Source: Methanobrevibacter sp. (GTDB lineage: Archaea > Methanobacteriota > Methanobacteria > Methanobacteriales > Methanobacteriaceae). Taken from it: 43,580 nt of DNA. The notes beneath the pieces are model-generated. The model had not been told where the DNA came from, ran no database searches, and saw only the letters and a list, made by a program, of their open reading frames with translations. Position 1 is the stretch's first letter, and each line of letters opens with the position of its first letter. This document shows, piece after piece, positions 27,665-37,335 of this stretch. The DNA lies in the NCBI GenBank assembly GCA_030539795.1, contig JAUNXN010000002.1:1-43580 (forward strand), read 5' to 3'. Both the position numbers and the translations under genes were made by a program.

Positions 27665-29053
27665 ATGATGAAACTAGATTCTGAAACATATGTTGTATTC
27701 GTTGCATTCATAACATCATTCTTTGCAGTGTTTCTATCAGCGGGAATCGTTTTGGGAGTTCCATCAATTGCAAGTGATTTTGGAATGAACAACATTATTC
27801 AAAATTGGATTCCGACAATAGCTTTGCTTGTCATAGCCGTATTCACCCTTCCTGCAGGCCAGATTTCAGGCAAATACGGAGTCAAAAAGTCATTGGTTGC
27901 AGGACTGATTATCTTTATAATTGCATCCATTGGAGGAGCATTGTCATTTTCAACCGAATCATTTCTGCTGTTTAGAGTGCTTCAGGGAATAGGCATTGCA
28001 TTTTTAAATGTATCTGCAATGGCAATGGTCGTTCAAGCCATTAAACCTCAAAACAGAGGAAAGGCACTTGGATATACAGTTACCGGAATTTATCTGGCAG
28101 GTTCACTATCCCCAGTATTCTGCGGATTTTTAGTCTACAATTTCGGTTGGAGATCAATGTTCTACTTTGTTTTGCCGTTTTTAGTTCTTTGCCTAATCCT
28201 CATAATATCAAAAATTCCAGGCGAATGGAAAACCTACGAAAACAGCAAAATCGACAGCATAGGCTATATCCTATACGGAATAGGCATTTTACTATTCATT
28301 TATGGATTTACAAATTTGATGAACACATTTGGTATGATAAGCGTTGGGATTGGTGCAATTTTATTGCTCATTTTTGTATTCTATGAGCTTAAGATTGAAA
28401 GTCCGGCATTCAATATGAGACTGTTCAGAAACATGAAGTTCACATCATCAAACATTGCGGCATTATGCAGCTATCTTGCAATAGCGGCAATAACCACAAT
28501 ATTGAATTATCATTTCCAATATGTAAGGGGCTGGAATGCACAGCTTTCAGGGTTAATGCTGATAATTACACCAATAATAATGGCTTTCATGGCTCCTAAT
28601 TCAGGAAAGCTGTCTGATAAGATTCATCCTCAAAAATTGGCGGCAATCGGTATGAGCATAGCAACAGTAACATTGCTGATTTTAATCTTTTTGGATGCAG
28701 ACACTCCAATCTATCTCATTGTCATTGCAATGATTCTGCAGGGTGTTGGAATGGGATTATTCACATCACCAAATACAAATGCAATTATGAGTTCCGTTCC
28801 GCCAAATGAGACACCTAATGCATCTGCAGCCCAATCTGCCATGAGAACCATAGGTCAAACATTGAGTTTGGGTCTTTTGACCCTTGTATTTGCCTGGATG
28901 ATGGGCAGTTTAAAGCTTTCTTCCCAATATGCCGGCCTGATAGTTCAAAGCTCACAGCTGGTCTGTTTGATATGTACCATAATCTGCATAATTGCAATTT
29001 TTGCTTCATTAGTGGGAATAAAATCAAAAGATTCATTTAATTTAAAGAGGTAA
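27665..29053 (+). CDS. MFS transporter (DHA2-like), tandem paralogue 1
   Basis: GQISGKYGVKK, RVLQGIG, NRGKALG, GWRSMF, GKLSDK, SPNTNAIM. Confidence 0.92.
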   Translation: MMKLDSETYVVFVAFITSFFAVFLSAGIVLGVPSIASDFGMNNIIQNWIPTIALLVIAVFTLPAGQISGKYGVKKSLVAGLIIFIIASIGGALSFSTESFLLFRVLQGIGIAFLNVSAMAMVVQAIKPQNRGKALGYTVTGIYLAGSLSPVFCGFLVYNFGWRSMFYFVLPFLVLCLILIISKIPGEWKTYENSKIDSIGYILYGIGILLFIYGFTNLMNTFGMISVGIGAILLLIFVFYELKIESPAFNMRLFRNMKFTSSNIAALCSYLAIAAITTILNYHFQYVRGWNAQLSGLMLIITPIIMAFMAPNSGKLSDKIHPQKLAAIGMSIATVTLLILIFLDADTPIYLIVIAMILQGVGMGLFTSPNTNAIMSSVPPNETPNASAAQSAMRTIGQTLSLGLLTLVFAWMMGSLKLSSQYAGLIVQSSQLVCLICTIICIIAIFASLVGIKSKDSFNLKR

Positions 29054-29088
29054 GATTATTTAAATTTAATTAAAAAGAGAGGGAAATT

Positions 29089-30480
29089 ATGAAAATAGAA
29101 TTTGAAACATACGTTGTATTCGTATCATTTATAACATCATTTTTTGCAGTGTTTCTGTCAAATGGGATAATCATCGGCGTTCCCGCAATCGCACAGGACT
29201 TTGCAATGAATAATGTTATTCAAAACTGGGTTCCGACAATACTGTTTCTTGTCGTAGCGGTCTTTACAGTTCCGGCGGGGCAGATTTCAGGAAAATTCGG
29301 TGTTAAAAAATCATTGCTTGCAGGAGTTATCGTGTTTTTAATCGGTTCCATTGGAGCATGTCTTGCGTTTTCAACAGAATCATTCCTGATTTTCAGGGTG
29401 ATTCAAGGTGCAGGAATGGCATTTCTAAATGTATCCGGAATGGCAATGGTTGTACATGCAGTCAAACCTAAAAACAGAGGAAAGGCATTGGGCTTTACAG
29501 TTACAGGAGTTTACCTTGCAACATCACTCTCCCCGGTCATCTGCGGATTTTTAGTTCACAACTTCGGCTGGAGGTCCATGTTTTACGTCGTTATTCCATT
29601 TTTGGTATTGTGTATCATATTACTCCTTACAAAAATACCTCAAGAATGGAAAACATATCAAAATGACAAGATTGATAAGGTCGGATCCATCCTATATGCC
29701 ATAGGAATCTTGCTATTTATCTATGGATTCACTACCCTGATTACCACTACCGGCAAGATATTGACCGTTGCAGGAATAATATTGCTTGTAATCTTTGGCC
29801 TTTATGAATTGAGACAGAAATCTCCGGTATTCAACATGAACCTGTTCAAGAACAAAAAGTTCACATCATCAAACGTTGCGGCATTGTGCAGCTATCTGGC
29901 GATTATGGTGGTTACAACCATCCTGAATTACCATTTCCAATACGTAAGGGGATGGAATGCCCAAATGTCAGGAATGATACTGATAATTACACCTATCATC
30001 ATGGCAATCATGGCTCCGAATGCCGGAAAACTTTCAGACAGGATTCATCCTCAAAAACTAGCCGCTATAGGTATTGGAATCGCTGCGGTGGCTCTGGCAA
30101 TACTCACATTCCTAACTGGAGACACCCCGATATATATAGTGATATTGGCAATGGTCCTGCAGGGTATTGGAATGGGACTCTTCTCAAGTCCGAACATGAA
30201 CGCCATCATGAGTTCAGTTCCTCCAAAGGACGCTCCGACAGCATCCGCTTCTCAAGCCACCATGAGAACCATAGGACAGACTATGAGTCTGGGTCTTTTA
30301 ACCCTCGTATTTGCTTGGGTAATGGGCAGCCTGGAATTGGCTCCGCAATATGCGTCAATGATTGTACAGGCATCACAAACCATTTGTCTGATTTGTACAA
30401 TAGCATGTATCCTGGCGGTATTCGCTTCATTGGTCGGAATAAGATCAAGCGATAAGTTCAATACGGATAGACCAAATTAA
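29089..30480 (+). CDS. MFS transporter (DHA2-like), tandem paralogue 2
   Basis: Collinear with paralogue 1; shares e.g. KFTSSN(I/V)AALCSYLAI and TTILNYHFQYVRGWNAQ. Confidence 0.92.
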   Translation: MKIEFETYVVFVSFITSFFAVFLSNGIIIGVPAIAQDFAMNNVIQNWVPTILFLVVAVFTVPAGQISGKFGVKKSLLAGVIVFLIGSIGACLAFSTESFLIFRVIQGAGMAFLNVSGMAMVVHAVKPKNRGKALGFTVTGVYLATSLSPVICGFLVHNFGWRSMFYVVIPFLVLCIILLLTKIPQEWKTYQNDKIDKVGSILYAIGILLFIYGFTTLITTTGKILTVAGIILLVIFGLYELRQKSPVFNMNLFKNKKFTSSNVAALCSYLAIMVVTTILNYHFQYVRGWNAQMSGMILIITPIIMAIMAPNAGKLSDRIHPQKLAAIGIGIAAVALAILTFLTGDTPIYIVILAMVLQGIGMGLFSSPNMNAIMSSVPPKDAPTASASQATMRTIGQTMSLGLLTLVFAWVMGSLELAPQYASMIVQASQTICLICTIACILAVFASLVGIRSSDKFNTDRPN

Positions 30481-30502
30481 TTAGTTTTCAAACTAATTAA
30501 TT
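30475..30502. terminator. Inverted repeat overlapping MFS stop, followed by T-tract
   Basis: AATTAATTAGTTT-TC-AAACTAATTAATT then TCTTTTTCTTTTTTT. Confidence 0.6.
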
Positions 30503-30521
30503 TCTTTTTCTTTTTTTAAAA

Positions 30522-31553
30522 TCAGTAAACACCAACAATCCTGTTTAAAATAGGTATCTTGGATAATATGAAAGCTACAATTATTGATCCGAGTACCAAT
30601 AACAGATATACGGCAGGAATCAAATCGAATGTTGTAATCGGATAATACTGGAGCAGCAGGTTTACAATGTGTATGTGCATCAGATAAATGGTATAGCTGC
30701 TTATGCTCAAGAAATAAATCAGTGAACCAATCCATGACTTCCTGATGAACTCATGAACTTTAGATAACACTTTCTTAGGTTTGAATAATGCATATTTGCT
30801 CAGATATCTTAAAAACAGAAACAATGTAATGCATTGAATAATTACTGAAACTGAGTAGATATAGACGACATTGACATAATTGAATGCATAGTAAATGCTT
30901 ATGGATAATGTAACGATGAAAGCTATTAAATTGAAAATCATCATCGGCAGAGAATATATGTTAAAGTCCTTATTAGTCAGATAATATCCTAAAATTGCAT
31001 ATCCTATGTATAAACCGAAGTTATTGAATATCAGCTCAACGTAATAATTCTCTGAAAGGTTAAAAGTTGTCAGGATAATTATGATAAACCAGATTAACAG
31101 ACAATATTCAGCACCTTTCATGCCATATTCCTTAATGAATGAGCTGAAAATAGGTATTACAAGATATATTCCAATTATTGCACAGACAAACCATGGGAAA
31201 GGAGCCTGATAAATCCAATAGGATATCATGTTAAAATTATATCCGTTTGCGGCCGCAACGGTCAAAAACAGAATTATATACCAGAATATGGCGGGAATCA
31301 ATACTCTTTTGAAACGTTTCTTAAAGAAACTGGATAATGAATATTCCTTACCGATTAATAAAGCTCCGCTCAGCATGAAAAATAGTGGAACGCCCATTCT
31401 GGAAACTGTAAGATAGGACAAAAGCGTAGGTGATGTCAGGTAATCCATATTTACTGGAAAATATTGAATTGTATGTGCAAGCAACACCAGAAGTATGGCC
31501 AGCGCCCTTAGTTCATCCAAGTAAAAAATCCTATTATCCTTTAAATGCATCAA
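30522..31553 (-). CDS. Acyltransferase_3 family membrane O-acyltransferase
   Basis: RIFYLDELRALAILLVLLAH, VPLFFMLSGALL, FFKKRFKR, SYTIYLMH; about 10 TM helices. Confidence 0.92.
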   Translation of the reverse strand: MMHLKDNRIFYLDELRALAILLVLLAHTIQYFPVNMDYLTSPTLLSYLTVSRMGVPLFFMLSGALLIGKEYSLSSFFKKRFKRVLIPAIFWYIILFLTVAAANGYNFNMISYWIYQAPFPWFVCAIIGIYLVIPIFSSFIKEYGMKGAEYCLLIWFIIIILTTFNLSENYYVELIFNNFGLYIGYAILGYYLTNKDFNIYSLPMMIFNLIAFIVTLSISIYYAFNYVNVVYIYSVSVIIQCITLFLFLRYLSKYALFKPKKVLSKVHEFIRKSWIGSLIYFLSISSYTIYLMHIHIVNLLLQYYPITTFDLIPAVYLLLVLGSIIVAFILSKIPILNRIVGVY

Positions 31554-31658
31554 TATCCCAAATAATAATTGTTAATAATTATATTTGATTTTAAAGTTAT
31601 ATACTTAGTGCTATTTTCATATAATATGAAAAGAAAAATATTAGTATAGGTTGAAAAT

Positions 31659-32225
31659 ATGGAAATTACTGCAAGTGAAATGAAGGAAAGCATAAAAAAA
31701 ATTTATAAAAGGCTTGATGAAGTCTCACCAGTCGATTTTGATTGCGGGAAATTATGCGGTGAAGTATGCTGCGTTTATGATGCCGAAGACTATAGAAACG
31801 AAGAATTGGCTCTTTATCTGCTTCCGGGTGAAGAGCTGATGTATGAGGACAGCGATGAATTTGAACTGTACTATATCGATTCTTCTGAAATAAAATATCC
31901 CCACTCATGGAAAGGCCAGATATACCTTGTGAAATGTGTCAATCCGCCTAAATGCAACAGGTCAATCAGGCCTATCCAGTGCAGAACCTTTCCACTGATT
32001 CCCCATTTGGACAAAAAAGGGGAATTCCATCTGATATTTGATGAAAGCGAATTTCCATATAAATGCCCTATCGTCCATGACCATATCAAATTGAACAAGG
32101 AATTCGTTAGGGTGACATTTGAAATATGGACAATGCTCATGAGAAATAGGCTAGTATATGATCTTGTAGATATGGACTCCCGAATGAGAGACAACAGGAA
32201 AACGGATTATGAAGTAATAATCTAG
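31659..32225 (+). CDS. Cysteine-cluster protein (YkgJ/CxxCxxCC-like)
   Basis: DCGKLCGEVCC, C-x5-C, RPIQCRTFP, YKCP. Confidence 0.68.
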   Translation: MEITASEMKESIKKIYKRLDEVSPVDFDCGKLCGEVCCVYDAEDYRNEELALYLLPGEELMYEDSDEFELYYIDSSEIKYPHSWKGQIYLVKCVNPPKCNRSIRPIQCRTFPLIPHLDKKGEFHLIFDESEFPYKCPIVHDHIKLNKEFVRVTFEIWTMLMRNRLVYDLVDMDSRMRDNRKTDYEVII

Positions 32226-32884
32226 CCCAGTTTCCAATCTATTTCTTTCAAATTGTTTTTCTTTAAAAATTCATTAGCCATCTTAAAGTGATTGCAGCCC
32301 AGAAATCCCCTGCGGGCCGAAAACGGTGAGGGATGGGATGTAATTAAAACCAAATGATTAGGATTTGTAATCAATTCCTTTTTCTTTTCCGCCTGTTTTC
32401 CCCAAAGCATGAAAACAATCGGTTGGCTCTGGCAGTTCAATATCCTTATTACATTATCCGTAAAAGTCTGCCAGCCGCATTTGCTGTGGGAATTGGCTTC
32501 ACCTTCAACAACAGTCAAAACGGTATTGAGTAAAAAAACGCCTTCTTTTGCCCACTTTTCCAGACATCCTGATTCCGGAATCGGATATGAATATTCATCA
32601 TTAATCTCCTTGAATATGTTTTTAAGTGACCTTGGAATTGGACGGCCATCTGGAGTTGAAAATGCAAGGCCATGAGCCTGGCCTTCCTCATGATATGGGT
32701 CCTGGCCTAAAATGACGACTTTGACATTGCCTAATGGGGTGAATTTAAAAGCGTTGAATATGTCCTCATAAAGGGGATAAACGGTTTTTGAATCATATTC
32801 CCCATTGATAAAGTCAATGATTTTTAAAAAATAGTCTTTTTCAAACTCGTCCGCCAATGCCAAATCCCAATCGTTACCTATCAT
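32222..32884 (-). CDS. ung: Uracil-DNA glycosylase, family 1
   Basis: KVVILGQDPYH, AHGLAFS, GVFLLNTVLTV, FMLWG, SHPSPFS. Confidence 0.96.
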   Translation of the reverse strand: MIGNDWDLALADEFEKDYFLKIIDFINGEYDSKTVYPLYEDIFNAFKFTPLGNVKVVILGQDPYHEEGQAHGLAFSTPDGRPIPRSLKNIFKEINDEYSYPIPESGCLEKWAKEGVFLLNTVLTVVEGEANSHSKCGWQTFTDNVIRILNCQSQPIVFMLWGKQAEKKKELITNPNHLVLITSHPSPFSARRGFLGCNHFKMANEFLKKNNLKEIDWKLG

Positions 32885-32910
32885 GGAACTTAATATGTAA
32901 CTAATCTATC

Positions 32911-33987
32911 TTAACTTTTTCCTGTGAACTTATTGAGATAGGGAATCCTGTTTAAAATTCCCAAAATGCCTAGGGAAATCACTGTAGTCAATATTACGAG
33001 TATCGGTATCCACAATAATGGGCTTTGATTGTAATAAATGCGTATAAGGTTTATCTTTAAGATAATCAATATCATATAATGGCATAAATATAATCCGAAA
33101 CTGTATTTGCTTATGGTAATGAACACTTTTCCTAATGTTTTATCTTCAATATACATAAGATATTTGGTTTTTGAAAGATACTTAAACAAGCAGAATATAT
33201 TTACCGAAAGGGCCAATATCAGAAGGTTGAAATATCCCTTATAGACAAAATGATTTGCCTGAATTGATTTGGGAACTACAAAGCCGAAAATGTAATATCC
33301 ATATAATGCACATGAAATCAGTAATGTGACTATAATCATCTTATTTGCACTTACCCTGCTTCCAACCAAATCATAATGGGAAATGAAGTATCCTATGATG
33401 ACATATGCAATGAATGACATGAAATACAATAACTTCGAACTGTAATTGCCCAATATGCCAAAATTGGAAAGGACTATGTAAATCACTGAAAAAACTGTCA
33501 GAAGAGTGATGAATTCCTTTTCAAAATTCTCCCTTTTTCCGCTTCCATATATGATTATCCTATTGATGAGGAATATTTCACAATAGACAATCACAATCAT
33601 CCAAATGAACCAGAATGCAACTCCCAAGGTTCCAGGCGCTCCTAAGAATATGTCCAGTGCACTGGAAATGTCAAAGGAATGCTTAATATAAACTGCAGAA
33701 TAAATGCTGTATACTATTACCCAGAAAACAAAGGGTATGAACAGTCTGGATAATCTCTTTTTGAAAAAATCGCCTAAAGAATCTTTTCTATTGATCAGCA
33801 ATGCGCCGCTCAGCATTACGAATATTGGTATTGAAAAATCCCTAAAGCAGTCAAAGAATGCTGAAATGGGAAATGTGGGATTGTCTACGCCAGTCAGTAT
33901 GAATGATACTGATGCATGGCAAAAGACAATTCCAATTATCGCAATTGCGCGCAGCACATCATAATAAAAGATTCTCTTTTTAACCAT
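32911..33987 (-). CDS. Acyltransferase_3 family membrane O-acyltransferase
   Basis: RIFYYDVLRAIAIIGIVFCH, IPIFVMLSGALL, FFKKRLSRL, SFGLYLCH. Confidence 0.92.
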   Translation of the reverse strand: MVKKRIFYYDVLRAIAIIGIVFCHASVSFILTGVDNPTFPISAFFDCFRDFSIPIFVMLSGALLINRKDSLGDFFKKRLSRLFIPFVFWVIVYSIYSAVYIKHSFDISSALDIFLGAPGTLGVAFWFIWMIVIVYCEIFLINRIIIYGSGKRENFEKEFITLLTVFSVIYIVLSNFGILGNYSSKLLYFMSFIAYVIIGYFISHYDLVGSRVSANKMIIVTLLISCALYGYYIFGFVVPKSIQANHFVYKGYFNLLILALSVNIFCLFKYLSKTKYLMYIEDKTLGKVFITISKYSFGLYLCHYMILIILKINLIRIYYNQSPLLWIPILVILTTVISLGILGILNRIPYLNKFTGKS

Positions 33988-33995
33988 TCCGGCAC

Positions 33996-34466
33996 CTATT
34001 TTTCCTTAACAATCTTGCCGCTCATATGCTCGATTGTAATTTCAAATACTTCAGTCCTGTCCAGCAGCCTGTTAATCTCGTCAACGGTTTCCTCATGAGT
34101 CGGGAAGAATTTATCGCCCAAATGAGTTAATTTTTCGATTTTTTCATCCCTGTCTGTCAATGTTTTTATCCTTCCAAAGGCAATGACGCTTTTGAATGTG
34201 TACCACCAGCTGTCTTCAGCCTTAACTCCCTTGTCCATGACGCAATAGGAAACCTTCTGGTGCCTTTTGACAGCATCGTTTTTATGGCCTTCCTGCGCAC
34301 CATGAAAATAGATTTTCCCGTCGACATATACATGGCTCATCGGAATGGCATAGGGATAATCATCATCTCCCAGAAGAGCTAAAACTCCCCTAGGCTCATT
34401 GGTTAGTATCTCTTCACATTCCTCTTTCGGTATCTCCTGGCCAATTCTCCTCATTTTTCTGAACAT
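33996..34466 (-). CDS. Pyridoxamine 5'-phosphate oxidase-like / Nim (5-nitroimidazole reductase) family protein
   Basis: MFRKMRR, RGVLAL, YPYAIP, IYFHGAQEGHK, FKSVIAFG, IEHMSGK. Confidence 0.85.
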   Translation of the reverse strand: MFRKMRRIGQEIPKEECEEILTNEPRGVLALLGDDDYPYAIPMSHVYVDGKIYFHGAQEGHKNDAVKRHQKVSYCVMDKGVKAEDSWWYTFKSVIAFGRIKTLTDRDEKIEKLTHLGDKFFPTHEETVDEINRLLDRTEVFEITIEHMSGKIVKEK

Positions 34467-34511
34467 AAGAATATATTTAGTCTAACATATAAATTAATTA
34501 TAGTGATTTTT

Positions 34512-34988
34512 ATGGCAGAATTATCATTTAGGGAAGCATCAAGAGAGGATGTGGGTTTAATTTTAACATTCATCAAAAAGCTTGCGGATTACGAACACCG
34601 ATTGGATGAAGTCATTGCGACCGAAGAAGACCTTGAAAAATGGATTTTCGATAAGGAACATGCAAATGTGATATTTGCTCTTGAAGACGGAAAAGAGATT
34701 GGATTTGCTCTCTATTTCCTAAGCTTTTCAACATATATCGGCAATGCAAATCTTCATCTGGAAGACCTCTTTATTGACCCTGAATATCGCGGCAAAGGAT
34801 ATGGAACCGCACTTCTTAAAAAATTAGCAAAAGTTGTTGATGAGAAAGGATATGGAAGGTTTGAATGGACATGCCTGTCCTGGAACCAGCCCAGCATTGA
34901 CTTTTACAAATCACTTGGCGCCGAACAAAAGGACTGGAACGTATTCCATCTGACCGGCAGGGAATTGAAGAAATTAGCGAATGACTAA
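34512..34988 (+). CDS. GNAT N-acetyltransferase (spermidine/diamine acetyltransferase-like)
   Basis: FIKKLADYE, FSTY, LEDLFIDPEYRGKGYG, WNQPSIDFYKSLGA. ATG 34512 follows GTGA. Confidence 0.9.
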   Translation: MAELSFREASREDVGLILTFIKKLADYEHRLDEVIATEEDLEKWIFDKEHANVIFALEDGKEIGFALYFLSFSTYIGNANLHLEDLFIDPEYRGKGYGTALLKKLAKVVDEKGYGRFEWTCLSWNQPSIDFYKSLGAEQKDWNVFHLTGRELKKLAND

Positions 34989-34993
34989 TTTCC

Positions 34994-35704
34994 TTAAACT
35001 AAAACACCGTTAATGAAGTCAATAATTTCGCCGACACATTCTTCTTGTTGTGATTCGGCGGATATTTTAGCAACTCCATCGCCTGACTGATTTCCGTAAT
35101 ATGCAAACTGAGCATGATTTGCACCGCTGATTTCTACTTCTGTGAGATTTTCATCGATGAAGCCTTTGGATTCATTGTACTTATCCATATTCAATACCTT
35201 ATCCTCCGATCCGTAAATTGATAAGACAGGCTTTTCAATTTCGCTGGTTGAATATGCCGCAAACAATATCAAACCATCGGTTTTGTTGGTGCCGTTGACG
35301 TATGATGCAGCCATTGCTCCGCCTAAAGAATGACCTGAAATGAAATAATGTGAATAATTTCCACTATCTATTATTTCATCAGCACTATTCTGACCTAAAA
35401 ATGCTAAATTGAACGGCATTTCCACTAAATAACAGTCAATGCCCTGACTTGACAGGTTCATGAGCAACGGAGCGTATGATGTATACTCGATTTTTGCTCC
35501 CGGATAGAATATTAATGCAGTATCATTTCCAGGACCATCCAATAGCATCCCATTGGATGTTTTGATAACGGATACATTATCAGTGCCATTTAAACTGTCA
35601 ACAGCTACTTTTTCGGCATGATAATAATCGCTTATGTAGAAAATTGCAAATCCTACTATTAAAAGCAAAATAATCACTATAGCTATCCTAATCTTTTTAT
35701 TCAT
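34994..35704 (-). CDS. Membrane-anchored alpha/beta hydrolase (Abhydrolase_5-like)
   Basis: N-terminal TM; IFYPGA, GHSLGG nucleophile, GSEDKV, GANHAQF. Confidence 0.9.
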   Translation of the reverse strand: MNKKIRIAIVIILLLIVGFAIFYISDYYHAEKVAVDSLNGTDNVSVIKTSNGMLLDGPGNDTALIFYPGAKIEYTSYAPLLMNLSSQGIDCYLVEMPFNLAFLGQNSADEIIDSGNYSHYFISGHSLGGAMAASYVNGTNKTDGLILFAAYSTSEIEKPVLSIYGSEDKVLNMDKYNESKGFIDENLTEVEISGANHAQFAYYGNQSGDGVAKISAESQQEECVGEIIDFINGVLV

Positions 35705-35730
35705 AAGTATATTTTAAAAAAAAGTAATAT

Positions 35731-36144
35731 TTAAAGTAACGCTAGAATTGAATATCCAAAAAATACCAAAATAAGACATGAAACACATGCAATAGTGGTA
35801 GGAAAACCCTTATTTTCCTGATTTGAACTGATCAATGAAGCTGATTGAATTGAGTAAACCTCCTCATTATCATACACGTCGGCAAGTTTAATTGCAACCC
35901 AGACAGAGCGGACAATGGAAACCAGCATCAATATCATGGATATTGCCACATATATCTCAACAATCCCATCAAATGTGGAAAATATTATTCCAAAGACCCA
36001 TGGAATTTCATAGATTACCCCTTCTAAAATCCAATTCCTGTTATCATGTACAGCGCCAATATAAATGAATCCCAGACCGTTTAACAGGATGATTGGTGAA
36101 AAGATAACCCACCAGGACCTTTTAATTTTTTCTAAAGCATTCAT
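35731..36144 (-). CDS. Hypothetical membrane protein (about 4 TM)
   Basis: 137-aa ORF with hydrophobic segments, co-oriented just downstream of telA. Confidence 0.75.
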   Translation of the reverse strand: MNALEKIKRSWWVIFSPIILLNGLGFIYIGAVHDNRNWILEGVIYEIPWVFGIIFSTFDGIVEIYVAISMILMLVSIVRSVWVAIKLADVYDNEEVYSIQSASLISSNQENKGFPTTIACVSCLILVFFGYSILALL

Positions 36145-36182
36145 TTTTCAACCTAAAAAATTTATAGTGAGGGTGAATCTCA

Positions 36183-37334
36183 CTATTCTAACAAATCTTT
36201 ATTGCTTGTTTCTATTTTATCAACAACCTTTTGCCCTTCATCCGCAAGGTCTGAGAAGACTTCGATTGTTTCTTTCATTTTAGGAAGAGCTTGTTGTTTA
36301 TAGGTGCTTACATCTTCAATAGCTTGAAGGGCTTCTGCAAATGAAGCTTTTAAAACCTCTGGAGAAATCATTGTCTCAGCACTGTGCCTTTGAATTTCAC
36401 TTCCTTGTTCCTTGAGCATGTGTGAGGTTGATTCTATAATGTTTTCAGTGGTCTTATTGAGGATATTGATCTTATCCATAACAATCTTTTGGTTATAAAG
36501 TGCACTTGCAACCATTACACCGGTTCTTAAGGCTGAAACGGTAACGTTTTGGGCACGTTTAACTCCTCTAATCAATTCCTTATTGTTTCTTCTGATTACA
36601 TTAAGGGAAACAATTCCTTGCTGGTTTACAACAATCATTTGCTGCATATCCATGATTCTTTGTCTTAGAGGGAACAGGACCTCTTCGCGCACGAATGCGA
36701 TTTTTTCTTCGGATACGCCTTCAAGTTCGGCATTTTGAATTTGAGCTTCAATGGATTCATCCATCTTTTTACCAAGCTCGATGTCTGCAAGAAGTTTGTT
36801 TGTAACTTCTCTTAAATAGTTTTCTTCACTTAAAAGAGTTGTATTGTCATTTTGCAGGACTTTACCGCTTCTTTCAAGAGATTCAATAATATGTGAAATT
36901 GATACTTCAGCTTTTTCATATTTGGCGAAGTATTTTTTAACAGGGTTGACTATATTGCCAAGCACACCCTTTTTAGCAAAATCAACTTTGCTTGGATCCA
37001 AATCCTTCATCTGTTGGTCCAATTCTAACAATTTTTCTCCAATGTTGTCTGCTTCCTTTCCGCCTTTGGTTAAATCACTTAATCTTGTTGACAGCATTTC
37101 ATTATGTGAAGCGGATTTTGACATGTCGGATAAACCGAAATCATCTAGAGGCTGTAGGATTTTTTCCCTTTCCTGTGGATTGTTCAAATCAGCATCGAAA
37201 ATTGCGGTTGCATTATCCTGTGCTTGGTTTTTAAGAGTTGAGTTTTCTAGTTTTTCTTCTTCATCCTTAATGGATGTTTCTACATCTTTTTTAATTTCAT
37301 CGACATCTAGAGAAAATTCTGCCATTTTCATCAC
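36183..37334 (-). CDS. telA: Toxic anion resistance protein TelA/YaaN
   Basis: MKDLDP, KKYFAKYE, LQNDN, LRQRIMD, IRRNNKELIRGVKRA...ALRTGVMVASAL; coiled coil. Confidence 0.92.
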   Translation of the reverse strand: MMKMAEFSLDVDEIKKDVETSIKDEEEKLENSTLKNQAQDNATAIFDADLNNPQEREKILQPLDDFGLSDMSKSASHNEMLSTRLSDLTKGGKEADNIGEKLLELDQQMKDLDPSKVDFAKKGVLGNIVNPVKKYFAKYEKAEVSISHIIESLERSGKVLQNDNTTLLSEENYLREVTNKLLADIELGKKMDESIEAQIQNAELEGVSEEKIAFVREEVLFPLRQRIMDMQQMIVVNQQGIVSLNVIRRNNKELIRGVKRAQNVTVSALRTGVMVASALYNQKIVMDKINILNKTTENIIESTSHMLKEQGSEIQRHSAETMISPEVLKASFAEALQAIEDVSTYKQQALPKMKETIEVFSDLADEGQKVVDKIETSNKDLLE

Positions 37335-37335
37335 C

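Noticed and set aside
29886-30455. 189-aa alternative-frame ORF inside the second MFS gene
   Set aside because: Fully nested in a well-supported gene, with no motifs.
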